A DNA stretch of 64,000 nucleotides from a virus: positions 1 through 64,000 of the IMG/VR virus record IMGVR_UViG_2617271008_000003; one strand, given 5' to 3'. Below are positions 55,120 to 64,000 of this stretch, piece after piece. Under the pieces are notes generated by a model, which was not told the DNA's origin, ran no database searches, and worked only from the letters and a program-made list of their open reading frames with translations. Numbering within the stretch: the stretch's first letter is position 1; each line of letters starts with the position of its first letter. A program made the position numbers and the translations under genes.

Positions 55120-56075
55120 GGTATTACGAACTCTCCTTAACACCGCAGGGTGCGACGAAACCTCTGCGTGTGTGGAGTTCGCACCCTAACAACGTTATCG
55201 ATCCTGGCGCCCTTCAAATCGAGTATGACGTACTTGTAGGACCGTATGGCATACCAACCGGTGCATCGACAGTTGTATTGCGTGGGATTGCACTACAAGA
55301 TTTAACGCAACCTCAGCAGTTCGCCGGCATGTCTCTAGAGTTGAAGGCAGGCATGCGGCCAGGTCTTCCTCTGGTCAATCCGGCGCAAGCTGGAACGATC
55401 CTGAAAGGACAAGTATTTCAGGCATTCGGAAACTGGGAAGGCGTCAACCAGACTGTAGACTTCGTTGTCCTTCCAGGCGGATATACAATCGACAATCCGG
55501 GCAATTTTGTTTTGAACTGGCGAGCAGGAACAGAATTGTCTGATGCATTATTGCAGACTTTGGATGTCGCATATCCCAATACCCCGTTATCCATAAACAT
55601 CAGCACTGATTTAATTCAGAACCATGATGAAATAGGGGTTTATGACACTCTGGATCAGCTCGCACAAGTTGTTGGCGACATCAGTGAAGGAATTTTTGAC
55701 AATCGAGTAACGATTGGGATTCAGGCAGGCAAAATCATTGCCTATGACACCAATTACAAAACGTCTCCCATCCAGCTCGCATTTACGGATTTTGTAGGTC
55801 AACCGACATGGATCAATGTCAATACGATCCAATTAAAGTTAGTGACGCGCGCTGATTTGCAAATGGGCGCGATTGTTAGGATGCCGGCAGGGTTACAAAA
55901 TCTCCCAGGCTTCGTTACGACGACCCAATCAGCCTATCCTTCAAGCATCAAATATCAAACAACTTTTCAGAATTATTTTATCGTTCAAGAAATGCGCCAG
56001 ATCGGGAATTTTCGTTCGCCCGACGCAACGCAGTGGGTAACGATCGTCAACTGCATCTTGAATCCAAATGGCTGA
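55116..56075 (+). CDS. Putative baseplate hub/late control D-like protein
   Basis: 319 aa, immediately before the gpV-like spike gene. Confidence 0.4.
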   Translation: MRYYELSLTPQGATKPLRVWSSHPNNVIDPGALQIEYDVLVGPYGIPTGASTVVLRGIALQDLTQPQQFAGMSLELKAGMRPGLPLVNPAQAGTILKGQVFQAFGNWEGVNQTVDFVVLPGGYTIDNPGNFVLNWRAGTELSDALLQTLDVAYPNTPLSINISTDLIQNHDEIGVYDTLDQLAQVVGDISEGIFDNRVTIGIQAGKIIAYDTNYKTSPIQLAFTDFVGQPTWINVNTIQLKLVTRADLQMGAIVRMPAGLQNLPGFVTTTQSAYPSSIKYQTTFQNYFIVQEMRQIGNFRSPDATQWVTIVNCILNPNG

Positions 56076-56694
56076 CAACTACGACAAGCTATGGGTACAG
56101 AAGAGCGCCAATCAACTAGCGCTCAATCGTGCTCAACAAGCTATTCAGAAGTTAGGAAGAGCGCTTCCTTGTCGCGTTGTTGACGTAAACGGCGCCATCG
56201 TCACTGTCGCTTTCGAAATCCAAAACTCGCCTCAAGCTCTTCCGAACGTCACGATCCCCAAAGCAGAAAGTCCGTGGATTCGGATGCCGACGCAGGTTGG
56301 AGACAAAGGCGTTACGATGCCTGCGGATGCATATCTGGGTGGTATCTCGGGCCTGGGTGGTGGAGTTGCTACGACGACGCAGCGAGCGAATCTGACTGCC
56401 CTCGTGTTTGTTCCAGTCAGCAACTCATCGTCAGCGCCCATCGATTCCAATATGGCGCAGATTCAAGGACCTGCGGGCGTCATACTTCAAACGGCAGACG
56501 GCAATGTTGCTCTAACTTTGAATGAAACCGGCATCACAATCAAGATTGGCTCGCAGACATTCACATGGGATGCCGCAGGCGTCAATTTCCCGGTTCCTAT
56601 TACTGCTCCGGATGTGATTTTGCCGAATGGGGCAGTCAATCCTCATGTCCACTCTGATCCGCAAGGTGGCAACACTGGACCCATGATCGGTTAA
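56068..56694 (+). CDS. Baseplate assembly protein V / spike (gpV / Mu gp45-like)
   Basis: N-terminal OB-fold-like region and C-terminal ..VNPHVHSDPQGGNTGPM.. characteristic of the gpV family. Confidence 0.55.
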   Translation: MADNYDKLWVQKSANQLALNRAQQAIQKLGRALPCRVVDVNGAIVTVAFEIQNSPQALPNVTIPKAESPWIRMPTQVGDKGVTMPADAYLGGISGLGGGVATTTQRANLTALVFVPVSNSSSAPIDSNMAQIQGPAGVILQTADGNVALTLNETGITIKIGSQTFTWDAAGVNFPVPITAPDVILPNGAVNPHVHSDPQGGNTGPMIG

Positions 56695-57332
56695 TCGGGA
56701 AGCCACGCATCAAAGGAATTCGGATCAAACCTCGGACAGATATCGCATAGTTTGCTTACTCCATCTGCCTGTATCTGATCAACGATCGATGATGGATGAT
56801 GTCGCTGAGCTGAGAACCATTGCAGCATGTGTCGACAAGGGAAAACATATAATCCCTGCTCTGCCTTTGCTTCCAAGTGGCGAAGATGAGGCACGACATG
56901 ATCAAGGTTTCGATAGGGTGCGAGCGGATCAAATGGATTGTCTATAAGACGAAAACAATGCGCCCTAAAGTCTTTTGCAGAACAAGAGTCCGCAAAACAT
57001 TTCACGACTGCTTCGAGAAGAAAGGCTTGTTCCATCTCGCCGATGACCATCCGACCGCGCGCATAGAAATGCGTCCCCTTCCAGCCGCGCACATAGTGGA
57101 TCAAATCCATGGCCTGAGTTGCGCCTTCAAACGTCGGCAAAAATCCTGACACGAATATCTTCAGCGTCTCAAGGTCTCGGACAGCAAATAACGGCGCTTG
57201 CTTTGCCGCTTCTAGAGCCAATGGGAATACATCCGACCGACTTTTCACAAAAAGCACGATGACAAGATATTTGTGCGACTGCATCGACAAGTTTTCGTGA
57301 GAAAAAAATTTCGGCGGATAGTTGTCTGTCAT
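56691..57332 (-). CDS. Reverse-strand hypothetical gene of lower GC content (~48%) inserted inside baseplate cluster
   Basis: 213 aa ORF on the opposite strand in a ~640 bp stretch whose GC is ~12 points below its flanks. No recognisable domain. Confidence 0.45.
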   Translation of the reverse strand: MTDNYPPKFFSHENLSMQSHKYLVIVLFVKSRSDVFPLALEAAKQAPLFAVRDLETLKIFVSGFLPTFEGATQAMDLIHYVRGWKGTHFYARGRMVIGEMEQAFLLEAVVKCFADSCSAKDFRAHCFRLIDNPFDPLAPYRNLDHVVPHLRHLEAKAEQGLYVFPCRHMLQWFSAQRHHPSSIVDQIQADGVSKLCDICPRFDPNSFDAWLPD

Positions 57333-57338
57333 ATATAG

Positions 57339-57695
57339 GTGAGTGGAATGAGGACGTGGGGAAGATCGTATAACGACGACGGAACATATCAGTGGATCGA
57401 GGTAACGCCGGATGTTAATGGATATGAAGATAACATTTGGCTTACCACCCTGGTGCAGGCTCTGAAGCTTAACCTAGGCGAATCCCCCTTCTATGCAAAC
57501 CTGGGGATTCCTCAGCAGCAGACGATCGTTACACAAGTCTACCCCGACTTCTATGTGTCTCAGATCCAGCAGTATTTCGCGCCTCGATTCGCCTCCTTGA
57601 CCATCATTCGCGTCCCTGCTTCGTTCCCACCTGTCTATCAAGTGAACGCTTTGTGTCATAGCGGCGCCATCATCAACGAAACAATCGCGACATGA
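57339..57695 (+). CDS. Baseplate wedge protein W-like (gp25/GPW lysozyme-like fold)
   Basis: 118 aa, the size and position of GPW. Confidence 0.45.
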   Translation: MSGMRTWGRSYNDDGTYQWIEVTPDVNGYEDNIWLTTLVQALKLNLGESPFYANLGIPQQQTIVTQVYPDFYVSQIQQYFAPRFASLTIIRVPASFPPVYQVNALCHSGAIINETIAT

Positions 57696-59110
57696 CCACT
57701 TCATCCACGCCTATTCCGCTGGTCATGACGACAGCGGGCCCGTCTACGACTCCGCCCGCCACGCTGTATGCCAATCTGATTGACTATGTTGCGTCGCAAG
57801 ATCCGGGTTATACGGTCCTCCCTTCTGGCCTCATTGATGACATCAGCGGAACCGACGTAGGGGCGATGGTGGCGATCGACCAAGCCAGGGTTGACGCCAT
57901 CAATAGCGTAACGCCGTATGGGGCGAACGCTTTCATCCTTGCGCAGCTAGGCGCGCAGTTTGGTATTGCACAAGGCACCAGCGCAAACGCGAGCGTCTAC
58001 GTTCAATTTTCCGGGCCGGCCGGCTATGTGTTGCCTCCCGGATTTTTGGTGTCGGATGGATCGAATCAATACGCGCTGCAAGACGGGGGGGTGATTCAAA
58101 CAGGAGGGCTCAGTTCCCAGTTGTTTGCCGTCGCCACAAATAGCGGCACCTTCGCTATCCCGGCGAACACGGTCACGCAGATCATCACTTCAGTACCGAG
58201 CGCCTATGCAGTAACAGTTACGAATCCCGAGGCAGGCATTCCAGCGACGTCGGCAGAGAGTGTACAGACGTATCGCAGCCGCGTCCTTTTGGCGGGACAA
58301 GTGGCCTCGGTGGGTACCCCGGCTTTTCTCAAGACTCTGCTTGGCAAGATCAATGGTGTGCAACAGCGCCTCGTCTCGATCAATCAGGTTACTGGAGGGT
58401 GGCAAGTCGTATGCGGCGGCGGTGATGCATATGCAGTCGCTGCTGCAATCCTACAGGGCGTTGGTGACATTGCTTTGCTCCAGGGTTCGCGACTAGCTAT
58501 CACGGGGATGACGAACGCCAATCCGGTGGTCATCCAAACGAACCTTGCCAGTGGATATGCAACCGGCCAAACCATTACGGTGACAGGCGCGACGCCAAGC
58601 GCTTTCAACGGCACATACACCGTTGCATCGATCTCCGGAACCTCCATTACGACTACTACGAACGGCACAGGATTCGGTACTTATGTAAGCGGTGCAACGC
58701 TTTCGCCCAACCCGCGTAACGTGAATGTCTCGCTGTTCCAGAACCCGAACACATACAACATTACGTTCGTCAATCCGCCCCAACAAGTCGTGACGATGGC
58801 CGTTACCTGGAACACGACGCTGCCGAATTTCACGGGTGGCAGTTCAGTGAATCAACTCGCGGCACCAGCTCTCCAGACGTACATCAATTCGATCTATGCA
58901 GGACAGCCGATCAATCTGAATGAGGCGACGGCAACGTTCCTAGATGCGGTGGCGTCTGTCATTGATGGGCCGAATGTGACGACCCTTCAATTTTCGGTAA
59001 CGATCAACGGAGTTCCGGTCACGCCTGCCGCTGGGACAAACATCATCTCAAGCGACCCGGAAAGCTACTTTTTCTGTTCAGCGACTGGCGTAACCGTAAC
59101 GCAGGGGTAA
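57692..59110 (+). CDS. Baseplate J-like protein
   Basis: 472 aa, ATGA-coupled to the W-like gene. Confidence 0.5.
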   Translation: MTTSSTPIPLVMTTAGPSTTPPATLYANLIDYVASQDPGYTVLPSGLIDDISGTDVGAMVAIDQARVDAINSVTPYGANAFILAQLGAQFGIAQGTSANASVYVQFSGPAGYVLPPGFLVSDGSNQYALQDGGVIQTGGLSSQLFAVATNSGTFAIPANTVTQIITSVPSAYAVTVTNPEAGIPATSAESVQTYRSRVLLAGQVASVGTPAFLKTLLGKINGVQQRLVSINQVTGGWQVVCGGGDAYAVAAAILQGVGDIALLQGSRLAITGMTNANPVVIQTNLASGYATGQTITVTGATPSAFNGTYTVASISGTSITTTTNGTGFGTYVSGATLSPNPRNVNVSLFQNPNTYNITFVNPPQQVVTMAVTWNTTLPNFTGGSSVNQLAAPALQTYINSIYAGQPINLNEATATFLDAVASVIDGPNVTTLQFSVTINGVPVTPAAGTNIISSDPESYFFCSATGVTVTQG

Positions 59111-59113
59111 TGC

Positions 59114-60010
59114 ATGCAGATCGAGTCGTTCAGCATACAGCCTCTTCAGCAAACTATTCCGTCATATCTGTACAAAGAGTACAGCGACGATGCTTCTCTG
59201 CAAGCGTTCGTAGATGGATACAACAGTCTGTCTCAGGGGTATCTTGACTGGTTCAACCAAACGCCGCTTGGTCTGTACACGTCGCCGTTCATCACTGGTT
59301 CGCTGCTCGATTGGATCGGTCAGGGTATCTACGGGATTCGGCGTCCTGTTCTCGCTTCACAGACGACGGTGCAGCGAGCCGGGTACGACTCGGTGCCATA
59401 CGACACGCTGGCATACAACGAGCAGTATTTTTCGTCCAGTCAAACGGCTTCACTCGCGAATGACGATATCTACAAGCGTGTCTTGACGTGGCACCTGTAT
59501 CGCGGCGACGGGATGCAGTTCTCGATGCAATGGTTGAAGAACCGGATCTCGCGGTTCGTCAACGGCGCCAATGGTGCTGATTGGCCGGTATTGAACGATC
59601 CGCCGTCGATCACGGTGTCCGGCACGGTGTTTTCGGTGATCGCGCTGGATAGCATCGGCCTAGAGGCGCTCCAGCTCTGCTATTCCAATGGCGCGCTCCA
59701 GTTTCCATTCGAGTATCAGCTTCAGATTAGCATCGTCAAATTCGTCAACAACGGCGGTGTGTTGACGATGGATTATCCGCTCGTCTATCCGACTAGTCCC
59801 GTAGGTCTTGCGGCCGGCGCAGTATGGTGGAACGGCGGAGTGATTTCGGTCATCCCTGGTGTCACACCCAATCCTGCGGCGCCCCCGCTTTTCTTCGCAA
59901 CGACCTTCCCTCTTCAACTGTTGGCGCTCGGTGGCGGAAACCTTCCGCTGACCAATCCGGGCGTCAGCGGTCAACTCTGGAATGACGGCGGCGTTGTCGC
60001 CATCGCATAG
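59114..60010 (+). CDS. Tail protein I-like (baseplate wedge / fibre attachment)
   Basis: 298 aa ending GQLWNDGGVVAIA. Followed by a terminator. Confidence 0.45.
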   Translation: MQIESFSIQPLQQTIPSYLYKEYSDDASLQAFVDGYNSLSQGYLDWFNQTPLGLYTSPFITGSLLDWIGQGIYGIRRPVLASQTTVQRAGYDSVPYDTLAYNEQYFSSSQTASLANDDIYKRVLTWHLYRGDGMQFSMQWLKNRISRFVNGANGADWPVLNDPPSITVSGTVFSVIALDSIGLEALQLCYSNGALQFPFEYQLQISIVKFVNNGGVLTMDYPLVYPTSPVGLAAGAVWWNGGVISVIPGVTPNPAAPPLFFATTFPLQLLALGGGNLPLTNPGVSGQLWNDGGVVAIA

Positions 60011-60027
60011 CAAGACATCGATTCAGT

Positions 60028-60056
60028 GAAGCCACCTTCGGGTGGCTTTTTTGTTT
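60028..60056 (+). terminator. Rho-independent terminator AAGCCACC-TTCG-GGTGGCTT-TTTTGTTTT
   Basis: 8-bp stem followed by a T-rich run. Confidence 0.55.
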
Positions 60057-60147
60057 TCGGCTCCCGATAGATCGACGGATCGAAAGCGCGTTTCCCTGGA
60101 CGCGCCCTCGGGAGCCCCTTATCCAGGAATTCTCAGGGGAATCCCCT

Positions 60148-61113
60148 ATGACTGTTTTCACCTTCGTCAACAACGTCTCGACCACTCTCGCAGGCGCGAT
60201 CACTTCTACGGCTACCTCACTGACGCTTTCAAGCGCGGCGAATCTGCCTTCCACGATCTCGGCCGGGAAACCGCTCGTGATCACGCTGAATGATCGCGCG
60301 ACGGGTCAACAGTTCGAGATTATCTACGCAACCTCAGTATCAGGCGCGACCCTCAGCGGTCTACAACGTGGCCAAGAAGGCACGACTGCACAAGCATGGT
60401 CGACAAATGACTACGCATGGAGCGGACCGACTGCGGGACAAATGGGCTCGCTCAATCCCGGTCGTCTGCTGAACGTGCAAACGTTCATGGTTGCCGGAAC
60501 GTTTCAATATACGCCGACGCCGGGCATGGCGTTTGTCATCGCTTATTGCCAGGGGGCGGGCGCGGGTTCGGGCGGTGTAAGCGCGACCAGTTCTGGATCG
60601 GCTTCCATCAGTGGCGGAGCTTCTTCGGGAGCACTCGCGGTCGGCAAATTCACCGCTTCGGATATTGGTTCGTTTCAAACCATCACTGTCGGCGCTGCTG
60701 GTACTGCCGGCGCTGCTGGGAATAGCTCAGGCGGCAGCGGCGGTGACTCCATATTCGGGACGCTTATGCGCGCGCAAGGTGGATTCCCGAGCCAAGGCTT
60801 TGGACCTACCGGAACATCAACCGGCACTGTTCTCGTCATAACCGGTGCCGGTGCACAAACCCATCCCGTAGCAACCGGAGGCAATCTCATGAACATCTCT
60901 GGTGCGCCGGGCTCTTTGAGCATTGGCGGAGCGAATATCGGCGGCGCTGGCGGTGCAAGCGCGGTTGGCGGCCTCGGTGGCGGATCGCCTCTGGCAGGCG
61001 GCGGGATTGGTCCGGGGGCTGGCGGCGGGGGGGTGGCGATCAGTGGCGCGACAGGCGATACCGCAGGCAATCCGGGCCTCGTCGGCGCAATCTTCGTCTA
61101 CGAGTTTTCCTGA
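60148..61113 (+). CDS. Tail fibre protein (Gly-rich C-terminal region)
   Basis: 321 aa. The last third is dominated by GGxGGxG repeats. Confidence 0.55.
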   Translation: MTVFTFVNNVSTTLAGAITSTATSLTLSSAANLPSTISAGKPLVITLNDRATGQQFEIIYATSVSGATLSGLQRGQEGTTAQAWSTNDYAWSGPTAGQMGSLNPGRLLNVQTFMVAGTFQYTPTPGMAFVIAYCQGAGAGSGGVSATSSGSASISGGASSGALAVGKFTASDIGSFQTITVGAAGTAGAAGNSSGGSGGDSIFGTLMRAQGGFPSQGFGPTGTSTGTVLVITGAGAQTHPVATGGNLMNISGAPGSLSIGGANIGGAGGASAVGGLGGGSPLAGGGIGPGAGGGGVAISGATGDTAGNPGLVGAIFVYEFS

Positions 61114-61322
61114 TGAACGAAATCTACGGCCTCCCGCAGCCACTTACTGGCGGTGAGCTTGTGAGCATCAAGCAAAAGCAAAACGGCGAATGGGCGGAAT
61201 GCACGATGCCGCTCGCGATGCTGATCCAACTGATGACCGCATTCGCGGCATCGCTTCCCACCGATAAGCCCACATCCGCCGGCCAGCTTTGGAACGACGC
61301 CGGAATGGTAGCCATTTCGTAG
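61113..61322 (+). CDS. Tail fibre assembly chaperone-like small protein
   Basis: 69 aa ending SAGQLWNDAGMVAIS. Confidence 0.4.
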   Translation: MNEIYGLPQPLTGGELVSIKQKQNGEWAECTMPLAMLIQLMTAFAASLPTDKPTSAGQLWNDAGMVAIS

Positions 61323-61329
61323 AGCACCC

Positions 61330-61875
61330 ATGATGAAAAAACTGATCGCTGCGGCGCTGTTTGCGCCGCTGTCGGCGCTCGCCCAGACATACCCGAGCCC
61401 GACATTCAACAACATCACGGTCAACGGTACCGCGACGATCGCGAACGCGACTTTCACGAATCCGCCGTCTTTCCCGAGTGGGATTCCGATCGCTAGCCTA
61501 TCGAGCATCGCAGCGAATACGGTGCTCGCGAATGTCACCTCTGCAACCGCTGGTGTAACCGCAGTTTCGATTCCTTCATGTAGCGGGTCGGGTAGCGCGT
61601 TGGCCTATGCCAGCGGAACGGGGTTTAGCTGCGTGACCGGCCTTGCTTCGCTTTCGTCACCAACCTTCACCGGCACGCCGGCCGCGCCAACTGCAACGAC
61701 TGGCACCAACACGACGCAGATCGCAACCACAGCATTCGTCAATAGCTCGATCTCGGGTATGTCGTCATCGACATTCGGATCACTCTATCTCACTTGGTTC
61801 AACAGTTTGCCGACAACTCTTCCGGCAAGCGCAGGCGTTCTCTGGAACAACGGCGGGGTTCTCTCCAAGTCATGA
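61330..61875 (+). CDS. Tail fibre-like / secreted Thr-Ser-rich protein with signal-peptide-like N-terminus
   Basis: N-terminal MMKKLIAAALFAPLSALAQTYPSPTFNN. C-terminus AGVLWNNGGVLSKS. Confidence 0.4.
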   Translation: MMKKLIAAALFAPLSALAQTYPSPTFNNITVNGTATIANATFTNPPSFPSGIPIASLSSIAANTVLANVTSATAGVTAVSIPSCSGSGSALAYASGTGFSCVTGLASLSSPTFTGTPAAPTATTGTNTTQIATTAFVNSSISGMSSSTFGSLYLTWFNSLPTTLPASAGVLWNNGGVLSKS

Positions 61876-63770
61876 AAAAACTTATCCTCTCGCTTCTGCT
61901 GATTCCAGCTTTTGCTCTCGCGCAGTCGTACCCGACGCCGACGTTCAATAGCCTGAGCCTGCAAACCCCGCTGACGCCCGCAAACGGCGGCACTGGAACG
62001 ACTTCAGCAACAGGCACTGGCTCCGTTGTTCGGTCAAGCTCGCCAACAATTGCGAGTCCGACGATCACCGGCTCTCTGTCCGCGAGCGGCGCTACTTTCT
62101 CCGGCGGCATCTCGGCTAATGGGGTGACTTCGACGTCGAACTTCGTCGGCCCCAATGCCTATTCGATCTACACATCAACGGGGATCAATAACGGCGGCGG
62201 CATTCAAGTATTTGACGCGTCGCACGGGAACTATGTTGGCATCTTGAACAACGGCACGACCGTTGGTCAATTCGGGTCTTACGGCGCGACGATTGGCTCA
62301 TCTGTCTATCCCACGATCGTCGCACCGATCAATACCACTGCGACAACGACCAACGGTTCGGCAAACATCACGGTCACGAGTGCGGCCGGGATCACGACGG
62401 GGATGGGAGTGTATGGGAGCTTCACTGGTGGCTGTTCCGGACCTTCGGCGGCGTTCCAGCAATCCTATGTGACGGCAATTTCTGGAACCACCGTCACCAT
62501 GAGTTGCGCGTCCACGGCCACGAATTCGAGCCCGGTCGCCGTTCAATTCGGCCAGCAACGATACAGCACAACCTCAACTTTGATCGCAAGTGATCTTGGG
62601 GCGCAGACCCTGAAGGTAGGCGCTGCGTCACAGGGAAATTCCTCTGCGTGGCTGAACCAAGTATCGGGCGGCAATGACTATCGCCTCACGGCAGCGGCCC
62701 AGATCGTGGCACCGCCTTCGGGAGGTTATGGATTGGTAGTCGGCTCGCGGTCATCGGATGCGACAGGCGGCGCGGCTGCATTTCCGATCGCAAGTTTCCT
62801 GTATCTGGACTCATGGGGCAACAGCGAATATGGGTCCGAGAATCTGTATTTGCAGGACAACTTGCTCGCGGCAACTGCCGGGAAGGGTCCGCACATCCAG
62901 TTCGAGCAATCCATCAATAGCCAATGGGGATCGCCGCCTAGCGAAGATCCATACAATATCAACCAGGTAAATCAGACGATAGGCCACCGCTATGATTGCG
63001 GCACCGGCCAATCTACTACGTCCGGTCTGAATGGATGCACTAGCGCTATTGACATAGTGCCCAACCCTCAAACGTTCGAAAATGGTATCGTCGTTGCTAA
63101 CGGCGCTCTCGATACAGGAGGCGGCACTAGACAGGCTAGCGTAATTTCGATGCCGACAATGACCGGATTTACGTGGTTCAGCGCGCCATCTACTTTTTCA
63201 TCGGCCGTTTATTCCCCCAGTGCTGGAGTATTGTATTCTCTGGTTCCCGCAGGTGGCCAGTTCAATAACATTGTCAATGGCAATACAGTTACTACCATTA
63301 ATAGCACTGGCTTGACTGTTAATGGCTTGATTACCCCTTCTTCCACGAGTGGCATCAAAGGAACAATTGTGGGAGATAATGCAAATGCAGGTAGCGTAGG
63401 TGAATTCGTCAATTCGAATTTCTCCAGCGTCAGCATGACGACGAGCGGGACGGCACAGAATCTGACGAGCATCAGCCTGACGGCCGGAGATTGGGATGTG
63501 ACCGGCGCCGCAACATACACCTCGGGTAGCGGTGCCACACAGACGATCTGGCTCGCCGGCGTGAACACGACTTCGGCGACGCTTCCATCGTTGGGAAGCT
63601 ACTTCCAAAGCGGAGGCTCGATCACGGCGACGGGCGCGGCTTCAGCAATCCCACCGGTCACGCGCATCAACGTGTCGAGTACGACGACGGTCTACTTGGT
63701 CGGAGAATCCGTGTTCAGTGGTGGAAGTGTGACAGCATCTGGGTTCTTGCGCGCTCGGCGCGTGCGGTAG
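61872..63770 (+). CDS. Large tail fibre-like / secreted beta-rich protein with signal-peptide-like N-terminus
   Basis: N-terminal MKKLILSLLLIPAFALAQSYPTPTFNS, homologous to the preceding gene. Gly/Thr/Ser-rich. ATGA overlap with the previous stop. Confidence 0.45.
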   Translation: MKKLILSLLLIPAFALAQSYPTPTFNSLSLQTPLTPANGGTGTTSATGTGSVVRSSSPTIASPTITGSLSASGATFSGGISANGVTSTSNFVGPNAYSIYTSTGINNGGGIQVFDASHGNYVGILNNGTTVGQFGSYGATIGSSVYPTIVAPINTTATTTNGSANITVTSAAGITTGMGVYGSFTGGCSGPSAAFQQSYVTAISGTTVTMSCASTATNSSPVAVQFGQQRYSTTSTLIASDLGAQTLKVGAASQGNSSAWLNQVSGGNDYRLTAAAQIVAPPSGGYGLVVGSRSSDATGGAAAFPIASFLYLDSWGNSEYGSENLYLQDNLLAATAGKGPHIQFEQSINSQWGSPPSEDPYNINQVNQTIGHRYDCGTGQSTTSGLNGCTSAIDIVPNPQTFENGIVVANGALDTGGGTRQASVISMPTMTGFTWFSAPSTFSSAVYSPSAGVLYSLVPAGGQFNNIVNGNTVTTINSTGLTVNGLITPSSTSGIKGTIVGDNANAGSVGEFVNSNFSSVSMTTSGTAQNLTSISLTAGDWDVTGAATYTSGSGATQTIWLAGVNTTSATLPSLGSYFQSGGSITATGAASAIPPVTRINVSSTTTVYLVGESVFSGGSVTASGFLRARRVR

Positions 63771-63771
63771 C

Positions 63772-64000
63772 CTATCGAGCCTTCGTCGCGCCCCCGTCGA
63801 AGGCGTGACGCGTCCCTGCGAAGAGTTTGGGTATTCGATGGCCGAAAGAGATCGCAGGCTTCTCGATCAAATACCACGATAGCGCCCCGAGTAGGATGGC
63901 GGCCGGCATTGCTATCATTTGATTCACGTAAGGGCCGCCATCTGGCAGCAAAGCTGCAACCACTTGCTGCGTCGGCCAACCGTAGACGTACACGCCATAG
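63772..64000 (-). CDS. Acyltransferase-3 (OafA-like O-antigen acetylase) C-terminal end, truncated by window edge
   Basis: ..AILLGALSWYLIEKPAISFGHR is the typical acyltransferase_3 C-terminus. The gene continues beyond position 64000. Confidence 0.5.
   Translation of the reverse strand, partial: YGVYVYGWPTQQVVAALLPDGGPYVNQMIAMPAAILLGALSWYLIEKPAISFGHRIPKLFAGTRHAFDGGATKAR

Noticed and set aside
56877-57149. 90 aa plus-strand ORF inside the low-GC insert
   Set aside because: Shorter than the antisense 213 aa minus-strand ORF covering the same DNA, and it has no RBS. The minus-strand gene is preferred, but neither has homology support.
1-64000. Two separate prophages (1-14.4 kb and 14.4-64 kb)
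   Set aside because: Gene order int, early-left operon, OL, CI/Cro, replication, nin, Q-position, packaging, head, tail, fibres, conversion gene is a single coherent lambda-like map. A second integrase or att core is not visible. The paralogous modules and the tRNA-like fragment keep the alternative open at low probability.

Overview
High-GC (~60%) Burkholderia-like chromosomal window that is almost entirely one lambda-like temperate prophage with a Mu/P2-like contractile tail. Left to right: P4-type integrase and AlpA-like regulator; a leftward (minus-strand) early operon; a ~860 bp ORF-free region with OL-like operators; a divergent CI/Cro-like switch; rightward replication and Nin-region genes; a Q-like gene; an SPFH protein and multi-module proteins; a tRNA cluster; terminase, portal, MuF-like, scaffold and capsid genes; sheath, tube, frameshifted chaperone, tape measure, baseplate and tail-fibre genes; and a truncated acyltransferase at the right edge. 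The most notable element is a complete diversity-generating retroelement (DGR) at 2353-4938 on the minus strand: reverse transcriptase, an 89-bp template repeat, an Avd-like helper, and two tandem small DUF1566/C-type-lectin-fold target genes. Each target gene carries a variable repeat that differs from the template only at template adenines, and the template codes a run of AAC codons. Other points: an IS5-family insertion with a CTAG target duplication; an IS3-family insertion that splits the portal gene but keeps its frame; a -1 frameshift site (A AAA AAG) in the tail chaperone genes; a LexA box next to a CI-like repressor that lacks a peptidase domain; a candidate promoter-to-terminator small RNA; inverted paralogous gene modules in the two prophage arms; a NUDIX-scaffold fusion; and a low-GC reverse-strand gene inside the baseplate cluster. 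Coordinates taken from the supplied ORF track are exact. Manually indexed coordinates (repeats, tRNAs, IS ends, motifs) are approximate to about 1-2 nt.
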